Positions 9,959-18,771 of a stretch of DNA of 59,132 nucleotides are shown in pieces. Each line of letters starts with the position of its first letter. The stretch's first letter is position 1. A program made the translations under genes and the position numbers. This stretch comes from Fibrobacterota bacterium (GTDB lineage Bacteria > Fibrobacterota > Fibrobacteria > UBA11236): the NCBI GenBank assembly GCA_043753995.1, contig JAYUVP010000234.1, positions 1 through 59,132 on the forward strand, given 5' to 3'. The notes below the pieces were generated by a model that was given only the letters and a program-made list of their open reading frames with translations, was not told where the DNA came from and ran no database searches.

Positions 9959-12211
9959 TTAGGAGTGCTTAGCTGGAGGAGCACTCCCTTTGCGCAGTCT
10001 CAGAGCATTCGCAATCACCGACACCGAGCTCAAGCTCATGGCGGCAGCGGCAATCATGGGGCTAAGCAATAAGCCGAATTTGGGATAGAGAATTCCCGCC
10101 GCAACCGGTATCCCAAGGGCATTATAGAAGAAGGCAAAGAAGAGATTCTGTTTGATATTGGTAATAGTTGATTTTGAAATCTGCCTCGCCCGGACTATGC
10201 CGTTCAAATCACCCTTGACCAAGGTCACACCGCCGCTTTCCATGGCGACATCGGTTCCGGTTCCCATAGCAATGCCCACATGCGCCTGGGCCAAGGCCGG
10301 TGCATCATTCACCCCGTCGCCTGCCATGGCCACTATGCGACCTTCGGCCTGCAAGCTTTTCACCTTGGCGGCTTTTTGCTCAGGTAAAACCTCGGCCATC
10401 ACCTCATCGATGGCGAGTTTACCCGCCACGGCGCGAGCCGTGCTTAGGCTGTCACCGGTGAGCATCACAATGCGAAGGCCTTGCTTGCGCAAAGCCTTTA
10501 GGGCCTCGGCGGCGCTCGATTTGATCGGGTCGGCCACCCCGAGAATGCCAGCGAATTTTCCGTCGACGGCGGCGAACATCACGGTTTGTCCGTCCTTACG
10601 CAAAGCTTCGGCCCGCTCCGCCAGTATGGAATAATCCACGCCCAGGCTTTGCATCAAGGCAGCATTGCCCAAGGCCACCGAAGCTGTGCCGACGCGGCCC
10701 TGTATGCCTTTGCCCGTCACCGATTCGAAATTTTCGGTTCGGGTGAATGCCATGCCTTTCGCTTCAGCCCCATTCACGATGGCAGCCGCCAGCGGATGTT
10801 CGCTCCCTTTTTCCAAAGAGGCGATCCAAGGGAACCACACGGACTCGTCGAATCCCGGACCGGACACAATGGAAACCAAGCGCGGCTTGCCTTCGGTCAA
10901 GGTTCCCGTTTTATCGATGACCAAGGTGTTGACCTTGCGTAAAAGCTCAAGGGCTTCGGCATCGCGAAAGAGTATGCCTTGATTGGCGGCTTTGCCCGTG
11001 GCCACCATAATGGAAATCGGTGTGGCCAAACCCAAGGCGCATGGGCAAGCGATGATGAGCACGGCGATGGCATTGATCAAGGCATGTGCCATTTTGGGAT
11101 CGGGGCCCAACCAGGACCAAAGTCCAAAGGTGATAACCGAAATCACAAGAACGGCGGGTACGAAATAAGCGGCCACAATATCCGCTTGCTTTTGAATCGG
11201 TGCGCGACTGCGTTGTGCCTCGGCCACCATAGCGACAATGCGCGCCAAGAGGGTTTCCGATCCAATGGCCTTCGCTTCCATGATGAGGCTGCCCGTGCCA
11301 TTGAGGGTGGCGCCGACCAACTTATCGCCTTTTTGCTTTTGCACGGGAATGGATTCGCCGGTCACCATGCTTTCATCGACCGAACTCAAGCCTTCCATTA
11401 CCAAGCCATCGACGGGAATTTTATCCCCGGGACGAATGCGCAGCCTGTCGCCGACTTGCACCTGATCGATGGGGACGTCCTCTTCTCCTCGGGGTCCGAT
11501 GCGACGCGCCGATTTGGCTGCCATGCCCAATAATTTTTTAATGGCTGAACTGGTTTGGCTTCGGGCCTTGAGTTCAAGCACTTGGCCCAGTAAAATCAGG
11601 GTCACGATGACGGCAGCGGCTTCAAAATAAACCGCGACCTCACCCGACATGCCGCGAAAAGAAGCGGGAAACCTATTCGGGAAAATCGCAGCCACGAGGC
11701 TATAACCAAAAGCGACGCCTACGCCCAAACCAATCAGGGTAAACATGTTCAGGCTGCGATGACGTATGGATTGAAACATGCGCTCAAAGAAAGGCCAAGC
11801 CGCCCAGGTACACACCGGTGTAGCCAAAAGCAATTCCAGCCAGAGGCGATAAGGCGCAGCAATCCAACCTTTTTCGCCGTGGGAAATAAACATGTCGGAC
11901 ATCGCCAGGATGAAGAGAGGCAAGGTTAAAACAGCGGCGACCCAGAAACGCCGCGTCATGAATTTCAATTCTGTATCCTCTTCAATCTTTTCGCCGTCGG
12001 CTTGCGGCAAAACGGGCTCTAAGGCCATGCCACATTTGGGGCAGGATCCTGGCCCCATTTGCCGGACTTCGGGGTGCATGGGGCAGGTGTAGGCAATGGA
12101 TTGAGAGTTCGACTTCTCCTGCTTCGGCGCGCCTTCGCTAGGCGAAGCCGGTAGAACATGCGACCCGGTTTTATGCGAACAATGCGCTCCGCAACTGTGT
12201 TTGTCACCCAT
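9959..12211 (-). CDS. copA: Copper-translocating P1B-1 type ATPase
   Basis: YTCPMHP..CPKCGM metal-binding domain, [33 protein letters not shown] and MSLSS; GAGG RBS before ATG 12211. Confidence 0.95.
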   Translation of the reverse strand: MGDKHSCGAHCSHKTGSHVLPASPSEGAPKQEKSNSQSIAYTCPMHPEVRQMGPGSCPKCGMALEPVLPQADGEKIEEDTELKFMTRRFWVAAVLTLPLFILAMSDMFISHGEKGWIAAPYRLWLELLLATPVCTWAAWPFFERMFQSIRHRSLNMFTLIGLGVGVAFGYSLVAAIFPNRFPASFRGMSGEVAVYFEAAAVIVTLILLGQVLELKARSQTSSAIKKLLGMAAKSARRIGPRGEEDVPIDQVQVGDRLRIRPGDKIPVDGLVMEGLSSVDESMVTGESIPVQKQKGDKLVGATLNGTGSLIMEAKAIGSETLLARIVAMVAEAQRSRAPIQKQADIVAAYFVPAVLVISVITFGLWSWLGPDPKMAHALINAIAVLIIACPCALGLATPISIMVATGKAANQGILFRDAEALELLRKVNTLVIDKTGTLTEGKPRLVSIVSGPGFDESVWFPWIASLEKGSEHPLAAAIVNGAEAKGMAFTRTENFESVTGKGIQGRVGTASVALGNAALMQSLGVDYSILAERAEALRKDGQTVMFAAVDGKFAGILGVADPIKSSAAEALKALRKQGLRIVMLTGDSLSTARAVAGKLAIDEVMAEVLPEQKAAKVKSLQAEGRIVAMAGDGVNDAPALAQAHVGIAMGTGTDVAMESGGVTLVKGDLNGIVRARQISKSTITNIKQNLFFAFFYNALGIPVAAGILYPKFGLLLSPMIAAAAMSLSSVSVIANALRLRKGSAPPAKHS

Positions 12212-12223
12212 TATCAACCTCTT

Positions 12224-12269
12224 GGTTAAGACTTAACCCATACAACGCAGCACTTCTATGGGCATTACA
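12224..12269 (-). promoter_or_regulatory. Putative ECF-type promoter (TGTAAT-N16-CGTTGT) followed by a 7-1-7 palindrome upstream of copA
   Basis: Minus strand reads TGTAAT (12269-12264), 16 nt, CGTTGT (12247-12242); palindrome GGTTAAG-A-CTTAACC at 12224-12238 lies just before the RBS. Confidence 0.5.
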
Positions 12270-12837
12270 CCCCTTTCTTTAAGCGGCAATGGCAATCCAG
12301 GCAATGATGATCGGAGCAGCTTCCACACGCGACTTTCAACTTGGCTTTTAAACCTTGTCTGGCCCGAAAAAGTCGTACTCGCAAGTTATTGGCGGAAATC
12401 CCCATATTTGCCGCCACTTTATCGGGGGCTATGCCTTTGAGATCCACATCTTGAAGCAAACGAGCTTGTTCCACTTTCATGGTTTGAAGCAGTGGCCGCA
12501 AACACCGGCAAAGTGCCTGAAAGTCGGGTTCGCCTCGAAGCAAATCCAATTCCTTTTCCGCCACCCATTTCGGCAATGCGGCGCGGCGAACGCCCTCTCG
12601 CCGATAGTGGTCCACGGCAGCATGCCGCAGTACCGTGTAAAACCAAGGAACGAAATCTTCTTCACGCTGGGGCGTATCGGCTCGAATTAAAGCCTTCATC
12701 ACACCGCTTTGCAGTATATCCTCGGCATACTCCTTGTTTCCAAGGCGACGAACCAAAAAATTCTTAAAGCGCCCTCGATGCTTGAGCCACGCGTCCAAGT
12801 TCAATTTGGATTGCTTTTCCATGGGACTTGTCCGCAT
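12265..12837 (-). CDS. CorE-like metal-responsive ECF sigma factor with C-terminal Cys-rich domain
   Basis: Sigma2 motifs AEDILQ and WFYTVLRHAAVDHYRR, sigma4 VRLFRARQGLK, linker CRC, C-terminal CGSCSDHHCLDCHC. Alternative start at 12822. Confidence 0.85.
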   Translation of the reverse strand: MRTSPMEKQSKLNLDAWLKHRGRFKNFLVRRLGNKEYAEDILQSGVMKALIRADTPQREEDFVPWFYTVLRHAAVDHYRREGVRRAALPKWVAEKELDLLRGEPDFQALCRCLRPLLQTMKVEQARLLQDVDLKGIAPDKVAANMGISANNLRVRLFRARQGLKAKLKVACGSCSDHHCLDCHCRLKKGV

Positions 12838-12848
12838 GTGAGCTTAGC

Positions 12849-13994
12849 CTATTTCAGGGTCCACACATTGGCCATGGTCGGATGGCGAATGCGCCGCCTC
12901 AATTTGTTATCCTGCGAAAGGCCGTCCATGCTTTGACGTATGTCGGCATTGACATGCCCGTTGAGGAAATAACTGTGTTCGACCAAGCCTTGAACGAGAG
13001 GCGAGCAATCGAGTTGTTCGATTTTGCGATGCAGCTGCATAGGGTGGGCGGCACCGGTTCCGCCTAGTCGATCGGGATTGCCCTTGGTGAAATCGGAAAT
13101 CACCATGGCAAAGTCACCCTTATTGTGATAAATCGTCACATGACGCGCGATTTCATGCACCTTGGCCAAGGCCTTGCCTTCTTCCAGGGCATTGTCATCG
13201 ACATCCGGTGCGCAAAGAAAAACATGCTCGAATAGGCGCGGCAAAGCCTCACCGGGCGTGAAGGCCTCGACGCGTTCCAATGCATTTTGCAGCAGATAAT
13301 TGCCCATGGAATGGCAGAGCAAATGCAAATCTTGTCCGCAGAGGCTTTCCGTGCCCTTGGCGGATCGATCGCGCAAGGCGGCGAGATAATCCCGCAGCTT
13401 CAAAAAGGCGCGGCCCATGGCAGCGCCCGATCCCTTAGCTTCCGAGCGATCGGATTTGTAGGAAACCCAAGGTAGGGCAAGTCCATCTGAAGGCCAAGTA
13501 AAAAGCACCACCAAGGCATTTTGATCTTTGGCACGAGTTGATGAATTTTGCAACATGAGCTGCAAAGCCAAGGCGGAGCCAACGGCGGCCTTCCACGTCA
13601 CATTGAAGCCATGGATGAAAAGCACCACATCGCTGCTTTTTTCCATGTCAGCCTTGAGATCGGCGAACATGGCAAGCGATCCCAATTTCGCTTTGGGTTG
13701 GGCGGCCTCATGGATGGCATCTTCGATTTTTTCGGGATAGGCTTCAATTACGGCCTTATCCACGCATTCGGAGAGATACTCGCCTAGTTTTTCGCCATTG
13801 CCCGTTCCCAAGGGACCCACCTTGGCCTGCAATAGTTTGTTGACCTTGGCATCGTCGGCATTGACATGCAAGCGACCGAAACGAAGGTTTTCCATGCCGT
13901 CATCGCTGAATTTTTTGCCATAAGCCGTTGGCTTAAAGCGATGGATTCCAATATGTCCGCGATTCGTGGCATAATACAATTTGAGTAAGGCCAT
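12849..13994 (-). CDS. Alpha/beta hydrolase, DUF900-like esterase/lipase
   Basis: YYATNR, LFIHGFNV, FTWPSDG, LCHSMGN, APDVD, RLG and HSY motifs. Confidence 0.85.
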   Translation of the reverse strand: MALLKLYYATNRGHIGIHRFKPTAYGKKFSDDGMENLRFGRLHVNADDAKVNKLLQAKVGPLGTGNGEKLGEYLSECVDKAVIEAYPEKIEDAIHEAAQPKAKLGSLAMFADLKADMEKSSDVVLFIHGFNVTWKAAVGSALALQLMLQNSSTRAKDQNALVVLFTWPSDGLALPWVSYKSDRSEAKGSGAAMGRAFLKLRDYLAALRDRSAKGTESLCGQDLHLLCHSMGNYLLQNALERVEAFTPGEALPRLFEHVFLCAPDVDDNALEEGKALAKVHEIARHVTIYHNKGDFAMVISDFTKGNPDRLGGTGAAHPMQLHRKIEQLDCSPLVQGLVEHSYFLNGHVNADIRQSMDGLSQDNKLRRRIRHPTMANVWTLK

Positions 13995-14088
13995 ACCCTG
14001 TCCTTGGGTTTGTTTTGGCAGGAAAAGCTAAATCGATTGCCGCTGATGCATGCCACTCCCTCCGACGTCCGGACCGTTTTTTTTCATT

Positions 14089-14141
14089 GAGGGGGAAGGC
14101 GGCTTAAGTCAATCACGGTGGGTATTGCCGCCCTCCCCCTC
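14089..14141. repeat. 15-bp inverted repeat (one mismatch) in the intergenic region
   Basis: GAGGGGGAAGGCGGC (14089-14103) pairs with GCCGCCCTCCCCCTC (14127-14141). Confidence 0.6.
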
Positions 14142-14225
14142 GTCCGAGCCTCCGCGCTGCGCTTACGGGGTCTCGGCCTACCCCCACGGCCCCAAGGGGC
14201 GCCTCCCCTGACGCCTATTCGAGTT

Positions 14226-15203
14226 CTACGAACCCTTACCCATAAGGCGTTGGTCGCGGTGGCTGTCGTCTACGGGATCCAGATGAATATTGATGCTCCA
14301 CCGGACCTGTTCCAAAGCGCGAATGCGATTTTCGATTTCATCTGATATTCGATGGGCTTGTCCGAGCGTCATCGATTCGCTAAGCACCAGATGAAAGTCT
14401 AGGAAATAGGTATCGCCCGCCAACCGCGAACGAATTTCATGCATGCCATTGACCATGGCATGGCTTTCGGCCACCGAGCGAATGCGCTCGACCAAAATGG
14501 GGTCGAGGGATCGATCGAGTAATTGGCCTAAGCCTTTACGCATCAGCGGCAGAGAGGCTGCGGCGATATAAATGGAAAGTGCCAAGGCGACCAGTGGATC
14601 GAGTATTTGCCAACCCGTGAGACGTATGGCGATGAGAGACCCGAGCACGCCTGCCCCGGTGAGTAAGTCGGTGCGATAATGCATGGCATCGGCTTCGAGA
14701 ATTAGGCTGCGGGCGATTTTCGAAGCGCGCTTGAGATAAAACACCAAGGTTCCCGTGACTGAAATGGACAGGACAATTACCGCGGCGGCAATATTTAGGT
14801 CGGCAGGCAAGAGGGTTTGCGGATGAGTCAAGCGCTGGATGGATTGCCAGGCGATATAAACCGCGCTGACAAGAATGAAAGCGCCCTCGAAGCTTGCCGC
14901 TAGCCCTTCGAGCTTGCCGCGGCCATAGTTGAAAGCCTCGTCTGAAGGGCGTCCAGCTTGGCGCACGGCGACGGCATTGAAAGCCGACACTAAGAAATCG
15001 AGGCAGGAATCCACCGCTGAGGCCAGCACGGTGATGGATCCTGTCATGAGTCCCACGGTTAGCTTGATGGCGATAAGCCCGAAGGCCGTAACCGTTGTGA
15101 TCAAAGTCGCCTTACGTGCAATAACTCGCGCGGCCTCCGGATCGGCGAATCCGGTTGCGGCCAACCTTCCCTGGGGGGCCGGTGAAGTTTGGGGTCCATT
15201 CAT
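14226..15203 (-). CDS. Cation diffusion facilitator transporter, FieF/YiiP-like
   Basis: ASAVDSCLD (TM2), FNYGRGKLE, ADAMHYRTD (TM5) and C-terminal IHLDP; D-D-H-D metal site as in FieF. Confidence 0.88.
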   Translation of the reverse strand: MNGPQTSPAPQGRLAATGFADPEAARVIARKATLITTVTAFGLIAIKLTVGLMTGSITVLASAVDSCLDFLVSAFNAVAVRQAGRPSDEAFNYGRGKLEGLAASFEGAFILVSAVYIAWQSIQRLTHPQTLLPADLNIAAAVIVLSISVTGTLVFYLKRASKIARSLILEADAMHYRTDLLTGAGVLGSLIAIRLTGWQILDPLVALALSIYIAAASLPLMRKGLGQLLDRSLDPILVERIRSVAESHAMVNGMHEIRSRLAGDTYFLDFHLVLSESMTLGQAHRISDEIENRIRALEQVRWSINIHLDPVDDSHRDQRLMGKGS

Positions 15204-15316
15204 CGAAAGGAGAAGGTAGCTCCCCTGGCCGAAGCTTGAGGAGAATCAAAAAGCACCAAAAACTTGGCTTGGGTTTTGGGTAGCCCGGTGGCATAATTGG
15301 CGGCAGGAGCAAGGCC

Positions 15317-15730
15317 ATGATAACCAAGTTGAAAATCATTTGGTCCCTGGTGGCTACGGTAAGTGGCACCACGGCCTATCAGGCCTATGAGAATCGGGCA
15401 GAATTGATAGCGGCGGCTCGAAGCGAATTGCCGGCTGGCATGGCGGATTCCCTGGCCGCATTGGAGCCTCCGCCGATGGAAGCTCCGAAGCTCAGCCCCG
15501 AAGATACCGCTGGCTTTTCCTCAAGAATCTCGGGTTGGCTTGATTCCGCCCGGGGAACTTTGGCCGCATCCAATGAAAAAAGCTGTATGGGTTATTGCGA
15601 TACCCGTGCCGCCAAGTGCAAGAAAATTGCCAACCGTGATCTAGAGCTTATTGGTGTCTGTCAAGATGAACAGGACCTCTGCCATGTGGGTTGCAAAGGG
15701 GGGGACAAAAAGGTTGGCTCTAGCGAGTGA
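15317..15730 (+). CDS. Hypothetical exported protein with a six-Cys C-terminal motif
   Basis: AGGAG RBS; hydrophobic N-terminus; C-x3-C-x6-C...C-x6-C-x3-C pattern. Confidence 0.7.
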   Translation: MITKLKIIWSLVATVSGTTAYQAYENRAELIAAARSELPAGMADSLAALEPPPMEAPKLSPEDTAGFSSRISGWLDSARGTLAASNEKSCMGYCDTRAAKCKKIANRDLELIGVCQDEQDLCHVGCKGGDKKVGSSE

Positions 15731-15756
15731 TGGCGGGGCGGCTGATGTTCTGGCCG

Positions 15757-15830
15757 TGAAAACGGGCTCGCGGGTCCTCGGCAATGGTTTTGCTTTGTAG
15801 TCGATGGCCTGCGGAGCGAGCCCGTTTTCA
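15757..15830. repeat. Perfect 15-bp inverted repeat with 44-nt spacer between convergent genes
   Basis: TGAAAACGGGCTCGC (15757-15771) and GCGAGCCCGTTTTCA (15816-15830). Confidence 0.75.
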
Positions 15831-15841
15831 GGCCTTCACCG

Positions 15842-17002
15842 TCACCCCTTGGCGCGCGATTCACGCGCAAGTGTTAAATACTGATTGAGTTCGGTTTGGA
15901 GTTCGCTGTCCTTGGGGCGGAGAAGCGCGGCCTTTTGCAAGATAGCGGCGGCGCGTTCGTTGTCGCCGCGCTGATGGTATTCATAAGCGAGATTGCGTAA
16001 GCCTTCGAGGCCTTCATTATTATTGCGTTTGAGCGCCTCGAGGTAGGCGTTCTCGGCGCGATCCCACCATTTGGAATCAAAGGCAAGATTGCCGACGAAA
16101 ATCCAGGCGTCGGTGAAATCGGGTTTCACCACCAGGGACTTTTGCAGCCAGTCCATGGCGAGAAAGGGCTTTTTATCCTGGGCAAGGACATCGGCGAGTT
16201 TATACATCGCTTCGGCGTCCTTGTCTCTCAGGGCAAGTCCCTCGCGATAAGCCGCCGCCGCTTGTTCTAAATCACCACGGCCGCGTTGCAAGTCCCCGAT
16301 ATAAAAGAGAAAATCCACTTCGGCGGGCTTGCGGGCGAAGGCTTCGCGCACCAGGGCGATAGCCTTTTCGTATTCCTTGAGATTGGCATGCACTTCGGCC
16401 ATTTGATAAATGATGGAAACGTCTTCGGGGTCAAGACCGCGCGCCTTTTCCAAGGCGCGCAAGGCGCCGACGGCATCGCCCGTACGTGAATAAGCATCGG
16501 CGAGATAAAGCCAGGCGCTGAGGTTGCCACCATCGACCTTCAAGGCGCGTTCATAGGCGGCAATGCTCTCGCCGTATTGCTCCAAACGAAAAAGCACGGC
16601 GGCTAGATTGAATAGGGCGGGCAAATACTTGCCTTCGGTGAGCCGCACCGCTTTACGGAAAGCCGCGGCGGCTTCGGGCAATTGGCCGAGGCGATATTTG
16701 CAATTGCCGATATTGAAGGCTGCGGTACCGGCGTCGGCGCCGCGCGCTTCGGCTTTTTGATAAAGCAAAATGGCCTTGGCGAATTCACCCTGGGCATACA
16801 GGGCATTGCCTCTTTCCAATAGCTCGCCGCCCGCCTGCACGGTGATTTGTACTGGGGCAGGGGACGGTTTGGTTTTGGCGGCTTCAGGCTTGCCCAAGCT
16901 GAGAAGGACGATCAAGGTCGCGATTGCGTAAATCTTCCAGCTTAACGTATGGACCTCGAAATGCGGCTGGCGCGGTAGGGAAATGGGTGAGTGACGTCGC
17001 AT
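15842..17002 (-). CDS. Tetratricopeptide repeat protein (Ton-operon associated)
   Basis: Many 34-aa TPR units (e.g. AAFNIGNCKYRLGQLPEAAAAFRKAV); N-terminal hydrophobic segment; start uncertain, ATG 17002 chosen. Confidence 0.85.
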   Translation of the reverse strand: MRRHSPISLPRQPHFEVHTLSWKIYAIATLIVLLSLGKPEAAKTKPSPAPVQITVQAGGELLERGNALYAQGEFAKAILLYQKAEARGADAGTAAFNIGNCKYRLGQLPEAAAAFRKAVRLTEGKYLPALFNLAAVLFRLEQYGESIAAYERALKVDGGNLSAWLYLADAYSRTGDAVGALRALEKARGLDPEDVSIIYQMAEVHANLKEYEKAIALVREAFARKPAEVDFLFYIGDLQRGRGDLEQAAAAYREGLALRDKDAEAMYKLADVLAQDKKPFLAMDWLQKSLVVKPDFTDAWIFVGNLAFDSKWWDRAENAYLEALKRNNNEGLEGLRNLAYEYHQRGDNERAAAILQKAALLRPKDSELQTELNQYLTLARESRAKG

Positions 17003-17016
17003 AGCCGTTACCTGGG

Positions 17017-17655
17017 TCAGTTTGAGAAGCGGACTTCGAAGGGTTGTTCCAAGCCGCAAAAGGCCACGGCCATGCCCGACTTGCGCGCGGGTTGAAACGA
17101 AGTTTGTTGAATGGCGTCGCGGCCGGCGCGGCCCATGCCCATGCCCTGGGGCTTCTCTTCGAGAATGCGGATATCATAGGGCCTGCCCTGGGTATCCACG
17201 CAAAATCCGAGCATGAGATAGGCATCCTTTTCGGCCGATTTCACGGCATCGGGAATGCGAAAAGGCGGAGGCTGCACGGGAGAGGGTCTTTCGTCGACAT
17301 CGCCGGTTTCGCTGGAGTTCTTGGCTCCACCTCCGCCGCTGCGCTTATTCACGATATCGAGGGGTGCGGCCGCCCCGCTGGAACCGGCCACCCCCAAATC
17401 CATTGCGAAGCGCGGGCCAGCGCGCAAAGCCGTTTGCGTGGGCCGCGATCGCACGGGCTTATGCACTTCGCGCCGCGCCATTTCCTTGGGCTTGGGAGCC
17501 TCGATGCTTTTCATTTCCACTGCGGCGATAATGCGTGGCTTTTCTTTGCCGGAATCTTTATGAATGAGGCTATTCACCAAAGGCAAGCATATGGTGGCAA
17601 ATACCGCGAGGAAAGCCGCGATCAAGGCGAGGACTATGTTGCGCAGGGTTTTCAT
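17017..17655 (-). CDS. tonB: Energy transducer TonB
   Basis: N-terminal TM helix, Lys/Pro-rich linker, C-terminal domain FCVDTQGRP.DIRILEE...FQPARKSGMAV..FEVRF; ATGA overlap with exbD. Confidence 0.8.
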   Translation of the reverse strand: MKTLRNIVLALIAAFLAVFATICLPLVNSLIHKDSGKEKPRIIAAVEMKSIEAPKPKEMARREVHKPVRSRPTQTALRAGPRFAMDLGVAGSSGAAAPLDIVNKRSGGGGAKNSSETGDVDERPSPVQPPPFRIPDAVKSAEKDAYLMLGFCVDTQGRPYDIRILEEKPQGMGMGRAGRDAIQQTSFQPARKSGMAVAFCGLEQPFEVRFSN

Positions 17656-18062
17656 TTTCCCGACATCGCCGCCACGGAGATTTTTTTCGCTCCCGCGAGA
17701 TTGCAAGCATCCATCACATTGACCAAAAGGCCGGTATTGCTCTCGCGGTCGGCGATGAGAATAATTTCGCCCAAAGCATTCTGGGTGAGCATGCGCGTGA
17801 GCACGTCCTTGAGTCCGTCAAGATCGACTTGGCGCTCATTAACATGCACGGTACCGTCGCGCGTGATAGCCACCATAATGCTTTGCCGGTTGAGCTCACC
17901 TGCAGACTGCGCCTGTGGCTTGTCCACCTGCATGCCGGTTTCCTGCGTGAGAGAGCTCGACAAAATCACGAAAATCAAAATCACGAAAACAACGTCGATG
18001 AGAGGGATGACATTGAGTTCGAAGCTGTCACGCTTGCGCGTGCGCAGGACAAAAGGATCCAT
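17652..18062 (-). CDS. exbD: Biopolymer transporter ExbD/TolR
   Basis: LNVIPLIDVVFVILIF (conserved Asp), IAD and VMDACNLAG motifs. Confidence 0.93.
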   Translation of the reverse strand: MDPFVLRTRKRDSFELNVIPLIDVVFVILIFVILSSSLTQETGMQVDKPQAQSAGELNRQSIMVAITRDGTVHVNERQVDLDGLKDVLTRMLTQNALGEIILIADRESNTGLLVNVMDACNLAGAKKISVAAMSGK

Positions 18063-18769
18063 CAGGTTTGCCTCGCGTCGGGAGAAAGAGCGGGCCGGTC
18101 ATGGCCCAGATGATGCGGCACGCCATGTCCGCCGGAACTATAGCCGGCGCTGTCGCGCTGGAAGTGGTGTAGCAATAAGGTGAGGCCGTATTCCACTTGC
18201 TGTTGCAGCCATTGCACGCGCCCTTCGAGGCGCTGGCCGAGCAAGATGAGGACTATGGCCACCAATAAGCCGGTTTGTGTGGCAATCAAGGCTTCGGAAA
18301 TTCCCGCCGCTAACAATTGGGTATTGCTGGAACCGTATTCCGTCATGGTGCGGAAGGTGTGAATGAGTCCGCTGACTGTGCCTAAAAGACCCAGCAAGGG
18401 TGCGGCGGCAGCCATGCCCCGAATCAAAGGCAGGTTGCGTTCCATGTGATAAAGCGAATAACCAAGCTTTTCGTCCAGCAAATGCCTTAAGGCTCCGCCC
18501 TGCAGGCTGCGATTGTCGAGTGCGAGTTGGACGCCATAACGTACGAGTGGCGGCAAGGTGGCCATGAGTTCGCGGGCTCTTTCCTCCTTGCCCGCAGCGA
18601 CGGCCTCGCGGATAAGCTCAAACTTGCTGGCGAAATTCACACGCCATAACCCCGCGCCCAATTCCACATAGGTTTGCAAAATGAGATAAAAGCCGATAAA
18701 AGCCACCAAGAAAATGGGGATTAGGACGGGGCCGCCCAGGGTCCAGGTTTGGTGGAGAATGGCTAGCAT
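18062..18769 (-). CDS. exbB: MotA/TolQ/ExbB proton channel protein
   Basis: APLLGLLGTVSGLI and GISEALIATQTGL motifs; start MLAILH at 18769. Confidence 0.9.
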   Translation of the reverse strand: MLAILHQTWTLGGPVLIPIFLVAFIGFYLILQTYVELGAGLWRVNFASKFELIREAVAAGKEERARELMATLPPLVRYGVQLALDNRSLQGGALRHLLDEKLGYSLYHMERNLPLIRGMAAAAPLLGLLGTVSGLIHTFRTMTEYGSSNTQLLAAGISEALIATQTGLLVAIVLILLGQRLEGRVQWLQQQVEYGLTLLLHHFQRDSAGYSSGGHGVPHHLGHDRPALSPDARQT

Positions 18770-18771
18770 GT

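Noticed and set aside
14077..14141. Intrinsic terminator for the CDF gene
   Set aside because: On the minus strand the hairpin is followed by an A-run, not a U-run.
17044..18183. 379-aa plus-strand ORF
   Set aside because: Antisense shadow of tonB, exbD and exbB.
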